Part shown: one piece after another, positions 19,590-27,700 of the stretch
How the letters are laid out: each line of letters begins with the position of its first letter
Position numbering within the stretch: position 1 is the stretch's first letter
Source: Novipirellula rosea
Lineage (GTDB): Bacteria; Planctomycetota; Planctomycetia; Pirellulales; Pirellulaceae
Assembly (NCBI RefSeq): GCF_039541335.1
Contig: NZ_BAABGA010000029.1
Span: 211,215 to 275,214, forward strand
Direction of reading: 5' to 3'
Length of the DNA: 64,000 nt
Notes under the pieces: model-generated
The model's input: only the letters and a program-made list of their open reading frames with translations
Database searches by the model: none
Told to the model about the DNA's origin: nothing
Translations under genes and position numbers: made by a program

Positions 19590-20633
19590 TCAGAATTTCA
19601 AGCTGGCTTCGATAAACAGAGCATCATCGAGATCGATCTCGCTGTCACTGCTTTCGAATTCGATCGAGCGATTGAACGCGTAACCCAGCTCGACAAAGTA
19701 GCCTCGGTTTCCGGCTCGCACCGATTCGTAGCCGACAAGCAACCGCAAGTCGCTGAGTGTCAACTCGTCCGACATGCCGCTATCGCGTGTGACGGCCCAG
19801 GTGTTCCCGCCCAGGGTACCGCCAAGATAAGCCCATGATTCCGAGTTGCCGCCGTCTTTGGAAAGCCGGCGGGCGATCCGCGGACGCGGCAACATGGCAT
19901 CGATTTTCCACTGCGGCGTGGGAGTCCATGTGGCACCGGCTGCGGGCAACAGCGGCAGGTCGGCTCGGCCCAAGTAGACCGCTCCGAAGGATAAACTCAA
20001 ATCGGGGCGGCACTGCCAATTGACCAAACCCAACCCAAATAATCGCAATGCATTTTCGTCGGTCGTAAAGTCGCTGCGTACGGACGGTGTGATGACCAAC
20101 GTTGTCGATATGACCGTGGACCATTCCTTGCGGTTGAAAAAGGTCACGCCGGTGTTGTAGAGCGTGCCAGGCAGATCGACGGTGTTCGGCCCATTCAAAT
20201 GGTCGGCGCGAAAATAGGGGCGAAGGACAAGGATGTTTTCCAGGCTGCCAAGGGGCACGGCGAACCCTGCGCGTGCTTCTTCGAACGTGATATCCAATCC
20301 GCCCTCCGCGTCGCCGGTGTCCAACAAGTAGCCGCCAAGCAGCTCGGCTCCCTGATAAAAGCTTTTGCGAAATCGCGGCACGGGAGTTTCACGCAGTGCA
20401 AAAAATGCCGGGTCGTAGGCTTCGATCATCGGCGACGGAGCGTACTGAAATTTGTCTGCAAATGCAGGGACGCCAGCAAAGCTCGGTGTCAGCTCTTGCG
20501 AATGCAACGGAGACGTCGCCAACGTCCAAATCAGGGCGATGGCAGGCGAAAGGAGGCATTTGCGTAATCTCAGCGACATCCTGGCTCCGTCGGGGTCGGT
20601 GACCACCAGGATTAGCAAACAGAGGTGGCCCAC
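19590..20633 (-). CDS. Putative outer-membrane beta-barrel protein
   Basis: Signal peptide, alternating amphipathic segments, and C-terminal ...IEASLKF ending in Phe, the OMP C-terminal signature. Confidence 0.45.
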   Translation of the reverse strand: MGHLCLLILVVTDPDGARMSLRLRKCLLSPAIALIWTLATSPLHSQELTPSFAGVPAFADKFQYAPSPMIEAYDPAFFALRETPVPRFRKSFYQGAELLGGYLLDTGDAEGGLDITFEEARAGFAVPLGSLENILVLRPYFRADHLNGPNTVDLPGTLYNTGVTFFNRKEWSTVISTTLVITPSVRSDFTTDENALRLFGLGLVNWQCRPDLSLSFGAVYLGRADLPLLPAAGATWTPTPQWKIDAMLPRPRIARRLSKDGGNSESWAYLGGTLGGNTWAVTRDSGMSDELTLSDLRLLVGYESVRAGNRGYFVELGYAFNRSIEFESSDSEIDLDDALFIEASLKF

Positions 20634-20686
20634 GGCAAGGGCGACCTGCGGGGGGAAGGAGCGTCCGCGGGGCGTCTACGTCCCGG

Positions 20687-20800
20687 CGAAGCGTCACCCC
20701 AAGCGAACGTGTCGGGTCAAATGAACGTGTCGGCTCAAGCGAACGTGTCGGCTCAAACGAACGTGTCGGGTCACGCGAACGTGTCGGGTCAAGAAGTGGG
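20687..20800. repeat. 21-bp tandem repeat x5 (CGAACGTGTCGGGTCAA-like units)
   Basis: Direct reading of five consecutive units with single-base variation. The array sits between the OMP gene start and the oxidoreductase stop. Confidence 0.7.
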
Positions 20801-20809
20801 GCTATCCAG

Positions 20810-22189
20810 TTAGACGATCTTTGTCTTGCTGCCGGGCACCGGCACGGGATAGCGGCCTTGGGCGTCGGGAATCACGGGGGCGGCATCGGCGAGCGAATGC
20901 ATGACCGAGGTGTCTGCCAATTCGATGCCGCTATTGATGGCATCGTCCCAGCGGACGACTTTGCCGCTGTAAGTCGCCATCCGGCCCATGATCGCCGTCA
21001 TCGTGCTGTGGGCACCGTATTCACCTTCGTTGACCGTTTCACCGCGGCGAAGTGCGGTGAACAAATCGGCGTGTTCCTGCGAGTAACCACGGTTGGCTGA
21101 TCGCGGATCGACATCGCTTTGCCAAATCACGTTACCTCGCGAATCGTGCAGGATCGCGTTGGCGATATCGGCCGACCCCTGCGTGCCGTGGACGAATTCG
21201 CCAATGCTGGTCCGGCAACCTTGCATGTGCCGACATTGGCTCAGCATCCGCGTGCCACTGCCATAGGTATACTCGACCATGTGATGATCAAAGATCTGGC
21301 CGTGGTCGATCCCGTCACGCACTTCGCGGCCACCTTGACCTTGAGCTTCGATCGGATGCGATTTCATCAACCAATTGATCACGTCCAAATTGTGAACGTG
21401 CTGCTCGACGATATGGTCACCGCTGAGCCAGTTGAAGTAGTACCAATTGCGAAGTTGGTATTCGAGTTCGGTTTGCTCGTCGGTTCGCGGACGCACCCAC
21501 ACTCCTGCGCCATTCCAATAAGCTCGTGCAAAGACGATCTCGCCAATCGCACCCTCTTGGATACGCTTGACGCACTCGCGGTAGCGAACTTCGTGACGTC
21601 GCTGCAGTCCAACCGCGACTGCCAAACCTTTTTCGATTGCCATTTGGTTGGTCGCCAACACACGGCGAACCCCGACCGCATCGGTCGCCACCGGCTTTTC
21701 CATGAACACATGCTTGCCCGCCTGGACCGCCGCCTCGAAATGCAGTGGACGAAAACCAGGTGGCGTTGCCAAAATCACGACATCCGCGTCACTGGTCATC
21801 ACATTCTTGTAGCCGTCGAGTCCGACGAAGCGACGATCGTGAAGATCAACTTGCGAGGCGTGTTTGCCTTTGATCGTTCGAAAGGCCGATTGCAGATTGT
21901 TTTCGAACACATCGGCCATTGCGACCAATTTCACGTCACCGCCGTGAGTGCTGAGCGCATCGAGTGTGGCTTCGGTTCCCCGTTTGCCACATCCGACCAA
22001 GCCAATGCGGATCGCATCGCTACCGAAAGCATGGGCTGCGCGAGCGACGCCAAGTTCGGCTCCCGCGATCGCCCCGCCCGCCAAAATGATTCCGCCTCCC
22101 TTCAAGAATCCACGTCGCGATGGAGTCTGCGTCGGCAGGCTGGATTGCGTTTGCGTTTTGGGGGGGCGAGTTGGCATATCAGTGAACAA
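20810..22189 (-). CDS. Gfo/Idh/MocA-family NAD(P)-dependent oxidoreductase with Tat signal
   Basis: SRRGFLKGGGIILAGGAIA twin-arginine signal, then GLVGCGKRG Rossmann. Confidence 0.85.
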   Translation of the reverse strand: MFTDMPTRPPKTQTQSSLPTQTPSRRGFLKGGGIILAGGAIAGAELGVARAAHAFGSDAIRIGLVGCGKRGTEATLDALSTHGGDVKLVAMADVFENNLQSAFRTIKGKHASQVDLHDRRFVGLDGYKNVMTSDADVVILATPPGFRPLHFEAAVQAGKHVFMEKPVATDAVGVRRVLATNQMAIEKGLAVAVGLQRRHEVRYRECVKRIQEGAIGEIVFARAYWNGAGVWVRPRTDEQTELEYQLRNWYYFNWLSGDHIVEQHVHNLDVINWLMKSHPIEAQGQGGREVRDGIDHGQIFDHHMVEYTYGSGTRMLSQCRHMQGCRTSIGEFVHGTQGSADIANAILHDSRGNVIWQSDVDPRSANRGYSQEHADLFTALRRGETVNEGEYGAHSTMTAIMGRMATYSGKVVRWDDAINSGIELADTSVMHSLADAAPVIPDAQGRYPVPVPGSKTKIV

Positions 22190-22291
22190 ACCCTAGGCAG
22201 AAACGGAGCGGCAGGTACGTCGTCGGTGTCATCTAGAATACCCAGCGGTGAGGTTTCCAGCAAACATGACACCCAGAACAACAAATCCCGA

Positions 22292-24517
22292 CTATTTCAT
22301 CAGTTCAATGACGACTTGGTTGACGGTCCCTTGGAGCGGGAAGGGAACCGCGTAAGGCCCGACCGCCCCATTTTCGTCCTGCCCTACCTGCAACCCGTCG
22401 AGCGGTTGTTCGCCCAGCAATCCGTCGATCTTGGACTCAGCGACCTGTTTCTCGCCGATCTTTAGCTGCACGGTTCCTGGTTTACTGACAATCGCGGTCA
22501 CTTGCTGTTTGCCGCTGACACGAGCGTCGGACGTCGTCACCACTCGTTTGCCATTTTGGGTCCATCCAAAGCAGAGTTTTCCGTTTTTCAGATACAGTGA
22601 CCAACCCTGTGACGATCCTCCCTGAGCCACGATCACTCCGTCCCCTTTGACATCGATGTCCGCGGTGACCGCAAACGCTTTGTTCTTGATGTAAGGCGCC
22701 TCGGTCCGATGGAGTTTGTCGCCCATGTTCAGTTTGAAGCGAGTCTGTTTCACGTTCATCGTTGCTCGTTCAGCATGTTTTTGGTTTCCCGGATTCAGCG
22801 GCAACACGTTGGCACGCTCGGCATAGGCTTGCCACATCGCAGCCAGTTTTTGCACGGTCTCGGGCATCTCGCTGCTCAAGTCACGTTGTTCGCTGCGGTC
22901 GTTGGCGATGTTGTAAAGTTCCCACTCGCCCTTCGCTCCCTTCGCCACCAATTTATGGTCGCCGACTCGAACGGCACGGTTTCCTTCGTGTTCCCAGTAG
23001 ATCGCTTCGCGGTCAAATTCATCGCGGGTGTCCGCATCCTCGGCAAACAGTGGGACCAAGCTTTTTCCTTCCATGGGTTTGATTTCCTTGCCATCGTGGT
23101 AGGTGGCGGGATAGGTCGCTCCGGACACATCCACAGCGGTTGCCATCAAGTCGATCAAATGCCCCGGAGTGGTTTCTAGTTCGCCGTGCCGCCGGATCTT
23201 GGCAGGCCAATGAGCGATCAACGGCGTCGAGATACCACCCTCATGAGTCCAGTGCTTGTATTCACGAAACGGCGTGTTGGAAACCGTGGCCCAGCCGCGG
23301 CCGTAACCGATCGCAGTGTCCGCAGGCCCCGCCATCGATCCTTTGCCTGTTCGCATTACAAAGCCATCACGCGATTGTTTCGGTGTCATGTCGGGTTGTA
23401 GATAGTCCGCAGGCAAAGTCGCAAGCGTCGGCTTGTCCGCTCGCTCGCTGCCGACGCCGCCGCGGCCATAGCCTTCGGCGCAGCCCCCGTTGTCTTGCAG
23501 AAAACAAATCAGCGTGTTTTCAAATTGCCCGGTGTCTTTCAGCGATTGAACGATACGTCCAATGCCTTGGTCCATCGAATCGATCATTGCTGCATAGACT
23601 TCCATGTTCCGTTTGTCCCATTCCCAAAACTCGGATTCTTTCCAAGCATCAGGAATCGGCCAATTGACAGTACTGTCGGCGTCGATCAAGCCGAGTTCAA
23701 GCATCCGCTTGTAACGCGCGTCGCGGATCGCATCGTAGCCGGCATCGTACACACCTTTGTACTTGGCAATGTCTTTGTCCAACGCGTGCATCGGCCAATG
23801 CGCGGCCGTAAAGGCAACGTACATAAAGAACGGCTGATCGCCGGATTGAAAATGGTGATCACGAACGAACCGTGCTGCATGATCGGCGATCGCGTCGGTG
23901 TAGTAGTAGGTTTCGCCCGGCCAATCTTCTTTGCCATATTCAGGGTCATTAAATGGCGAGATAAATTCGTTGTCACGCGTCAGTGTGTTGGGGTCAAAAA
24001 AGCTGCCCGCGCCATGAATGGTGCCGTAGAAACGATCAAAGCCTCGCTGGATTGGCCAATTTGCTTTGTCGGCGTCCGTCTTCGGATCAATGGCTTTGGT
24101 GACGTGCCATTTTCCCGACATGTAAGAACGATAGCCCGCGTTTTTGAGGGCTTCGGGAATGGTCACACAGTGTCGGCTCAGTTCACCGCGGTAACCCTCG
24201 TAGCCATGGTCATCCATCATATGGCCGACACCGGCTTGATGAGGATACAGACCGCTCATCAAACTCGCACGCGTCGGACAGCAACGTGCGGTGTTATAAA
24301 ACTGGGTAAAACGAACCCCGTGATCCGCCAAGGAGTCAAGGTTGGGGGTTTTGATTTCGCCACCGTAACAACCAATATCCGAGAATCCCATGTCATCCGA
24401 CAGGATGTAGATGATGTTGGGTCGGTCACCCGTATCCGCTAGCAGTGAATTAAAGTTCGCGAGGATGGTCAGAGAGAGGAAAGCTAAAACGCAATGACGC
24501 AATGAGTTCCGAAGCAT
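22292..24517 (-). CDS. Arylsulfatase-family protein (formylglycine-dependent sulfatase) with C-terminal extra domain
   Basis: CCPTRASLMSG (C-x-P-x-R FGly motif), GKWH. The likely start is Met at ~24517 (MLRNSLRHCVLAFLSLTILA signal peptide). About 250 aa of extra C-terminal domain. Confidence 0.85.
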   Translation of the reverse strand: MLRNSLRHCVLAFLSLTILANFNSLLADTGDRPNIIYILSDDMGFSDIGCYGGEIKTPNLDSLADHGVRFTQFYNTARCCPTRASLMSGLYPHQAGVGHMMDDHGYEGYRGELSRHCVTIPEALKNAGYRSYMSGKWHVTKAIDPKTDADKANWPIQRGFDRFYGTIHGAGSFFDPNTLTRDNEFISPFNDPEYGKEDWPGETYYYTDAIADHAARFVRDHHFQSGDQPFFMYVAFTAAHWPMHALDKDIAKYKGVYDAGYDAIRDARYKRMLELGLIDADSTVNWPIPDAWKESEFWEWDKRNMEVYAAMIDSMDQGIGRIVQSLKDTGQFENTLICFLQDNGGCAEGYGRGGVGSERADKPTLATLPADYLQPDMTPKQSRDGFVMRTGKGSMAGPADTAIGYGRGWATVSNTPFREYKHWTHEGGISTPLIAHWPAKIRRHGELETTPGHLIDLMATAVDVSGATYPATYHDGKEIKPMEGKSLVPLFAEDADTRDEFDREAIYWEHEGNRAVRVGDHKLVAKGAKGEWELYNIANDRSEQRDLSSEMPETVQKLAAMWQAYAERANVLPLNPGNQKHAERATMNVKQTRFKLNMGDKLHRTEAPYIKNKAFAVTADIDVKGDGVIVAQGGSSQGWSLYLKNGKLCFGWTQNGKRVVTTSDARVSGKQQVTAIVSKPGTVQLKIGEKQVAESKIDGLLGEQPLDGLQVGQDENGAVGPYAVPFPLQGTVNQVVIELMK

Positions 24518-24619
24518 AATGAGATTGCTGTTGGGGGGGAGTTTTGGGGGGACGGTTTTCGGCACAGTCGCGATGCTGAATGTAGTGCAAGTATACACAA
24601 AGTCAAAACAGCGAGCCCG

Positions 24620-24710
24620 GGCGACGTAGCTAATCTGCCCAGCGAAACTCGGCAAAACTTGCGAGCGAGGGCGTTATGCGGCCCGGAACTCTTGGCAAGT
24701 TTCGCTGCCG
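24620..24710. repeat. REP-like palindromic intergenic element (family copy 1)
   Basis: AGCGAAACTCGGCAAAACTTGCGAGCG ... GGAACTCTTGGCAAGTTTCGCTGCC. It shares the CGAAACTC/GAGTTTCG arm structure with copies at 40793, 54751 and 55340. Confidence 0.5.
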
Positions 24711-24727
24711 CCGCCGCTAGAGAGAGA

Positions 24728-27700
24728 CTACTGCGGCGGAGTGATATTCTGGTTGCCTGGATCGATCGCCGACTCCATTTGCTGGTAGTTTTTCAGCATC
24801 GCTTCGAGCTGTGATCTCAGCTTCTCTAAGTCACGGCCATTTTCAAGCGACTCGCTCAAAATTGGACGCAGCCATTCTTGCATCAAATGAAATTGGCCTT
24901 TGACAAGATCCGCTAACACGCGTGGCACCTTGTGCTGGACCAAGACTTTTTGGTCCGGCGGCGATGCCGCCTGCTGTTCGCTGATTCGCTCCAGATTTTT
25001 GCTGGTTGCGTGCAGCGTTTCGGAAAGCTGTGATGCCGACGCGGTCACACTTTGACGCAGCAGGTCGATCCGTGCGTCCATTCGCTCCTCGGATCCATCA
25101 CTGCCCACCGCGATCGCACGTGAGATGACTTGGCGGATCGATTCGAGCCCGTCTCGCATCGCCCCGAGTTGACGCATCAACTGGCCCGCTTGGTCTTCGC
25201 TATCCATGCCCTGCATGCGAACGCTTTCGACGAACGCGTATTTGATCGAATCCCAACGCTCTTTCTCTTCCGTCGTCAAAATCCCCATCAACTCTTTGAA
25301 CTTCAGCACATTCGCTTCGTTGTCCGTCGTCAACGTTTGCGCGTCCTGTTCGTAATTGCTGATGATCAGCGTTTGCAATTCCTTCTCGTTCATCACCCCC
25401 GCGACTCGCTCGGCGATGCGGTTCATGTTTCGGTAGCTACCTTGCAACTTGAACGGTGGTTCGGTTCGATAGGAATCGGCTTGCGCGGCACTGCGAATGT
25501 AGGCACGATTGACCTTCAGCACGACATCGCGAACTCGCAGTAATTTACGCACGACCTCGTACATCTCGCGGACTTGATCCATCGACAAATTGCTTTCCAG
25601 CTCAATGCCTTCGATCGAATCACGCTCGGCCGCGCGGATGATCGCACGCGAATCTTCTACGGGAACCGTCGACAGCGGCGCAAGTGTGCGGTTGCTGGTC
25701 AAGCAGTTTTCCAAGTAGCTCATTTCGAACGCGTCGGCCGAATCGCCAATGATCTCGCCCAGGTTATAAACATCGGCGCGGTTGGAAAGCATGTCCGGAA
25801 TCTGGAAGCGATCACCGCTCTCGGTATACGGGTTGCCCGCCATCACGACGGCGACACGTCGGCCGCGCAGATCGTACGTGCGAGTCTTGCCATTGCGAAC
25901 GCCTTCGATCTTACGCGTCGCGTCACACAACGAAATAAATTTTTGTAGCAGTTCGGGGTGCGTGTGCTGGATATCATCCAGGTACAACATCACGTTGTCA
26001 CCCATTTCGAGTGCCAAATTGAGCCGTTCGATCTCTTCACGCGCCGCCGCATTCGGAGCTTCCGCAGGATCAAGCGACGTCACACCGTGGCCAATCGCTG
26101 GACCATTGATCTTCATAAAGACAATGCCAAGCCGGTTGGCGATGTATTCCATCAACGTCGTCTTGCCGTACCCCGGTGGCGAGATCAGCAGCAGCAATCC
26201 CATCCGATCGGTTCGCTTGTCGGCACCCGCCGAGCCCATTTGTTTCGCTAGATTATCGCCAATCAGCGGCAAGTAGACTTCGTCCAACAATCGGTTACGG
26301 ACAAAGCTGGTCAGCACTCGCGGCTTGAACTCTTCTAACCGCATATCGTCACGGGCCGCATCAACCAATCGCGTTTTCGTTTCGTGCAATCGCTCGAACC
26401 GAGGAACGACGTCACCGCGATAGCCGCGAACGCGGTCAAGCAGTTCGTGATAGTGCAGCGTCATGACGCCTTTTTCGATCCGCGGATGAGCCCCCGCCAT
26501 CGAGTCGAGTCGTTTTGCGACCGCTGCGTCGGCAACCGACATCGACTCGGTTCCGCCACATTGGATTAGCCAGGCAAGTTCATCCAGATAAAACGAAGCC
26601 GGATCCAGATCGTCCGGATTTGCATGCGATTGCAAATAGGCCTCGGCCCAATTACGAGCCAAGATAAAGCTCGCGACGGGATCGGATTGATTGTTTTTGA
26701 GCGAACTTTCAAGCAACTTTTGACGATCCGATTCTGGCAACGTTTCCGCGAACGCGTGATGCAGATCGGCAGCCCGTTTGCTGGCGGTGTTTTGCCGTCC
26801 TTTGGCGACCAATTGATCAAACAAATAGTCCGCGATCCGCTGCTCATTCACAGCGGGCGGAAAAATCGGTGCCCAGTGCGATCGGTCGATAGACGCAAGT
26901 TCGGCAAGCCGTTGACGAAACTGAATCGCAGGTTTGGCGTGCGGATAGGCTTTGGCAAGTTTTGCAAATCCACCGATCCACTCGGTCATCGACTTGTTCT
27001 GTTTGGCGTCGAGAATCTTGGTGAACCACAACAACGACGCGGCTCGAACCGATGGCGAGTGACGCAGTAAACCAATCGTTTGATTCATTTCCAACAGCGT
27101 TGACAGAATCCGCACTGCGTCCCCATCGTGCACGCCTTTGGAATAGCCTTCGCTAAACCGACCCGCCAGCTGAGTTTGCATCCATTTCAAGTCGATCGAT
27201 TTGGGATCCATCGGGTTCGCCGACGACGCAGTGAGCGTTTCAAACAAATCGACGGCCAGATACTCACTGCGGTAAACGTCCGCGTTTTCGCTGATCAGTT
27301 CTTGGTTCCAAAGATCTTTGGCCGCCGTGAGCGCCTCGTCGCGAAGCGGCTCAAAAAACTGAGTGCCCGTCAAATGCAAACAAATCTCGCCGCCGCGAAG
27401 CACGGTGGTCAGATCCAATGGCTGCGTATTGACGGCAAATCGGTGTTGGCCCAGCCAAATTACGTCGCCGCCGTCTTCGTAAAGATCCTGGCGGTCTTTG
27501 AGCTGACGTGATGCATCTTCGCGAATCGTTTTCAACCGGCTCTGCAGGTCTTCCACCCGGACAGCGTCGTCGAGGTCACCGAGTTGCTCGATGATGTCGC
27601 GTACCTTTTCGACCATCAAGTCGCCAGCGAAATAGGCTGCGATCTCGTCGCTTGATTCCATCGATCGGACACGAGAATCGATGCCTTTGAGGATCCGATC

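Noticed and set aside
2683-20800. Possible CRISPR arrays at the three tandem-repeat loci (2683-2745, 16541-16612, 20687-20800)
   Set aside because: The repeats are directly adjacent with no unique spacers, units are 16-21 bp, and there are no cas genes. These are minisatellites, not CRISPR.
20625-20813. 62-aa ORF reading ANVSGQMNVSAQANVSAQ
   Set aside because: This is the translation of the 21-bp tandem array. It has no start context and is intergenic.
21119-22465. 448-aa plus-strand ORF
   Set aside because: It is antisense to the clearly recognisable Gfo/Idh/MocA oxidoreductase and has no motifs. It is a high-GC open-frame artefact.
23495-24442. 315-aa plus-strand ORF
   Set aside because: Antisense to the sulfatase and rich in V/R/G with no domain signature.
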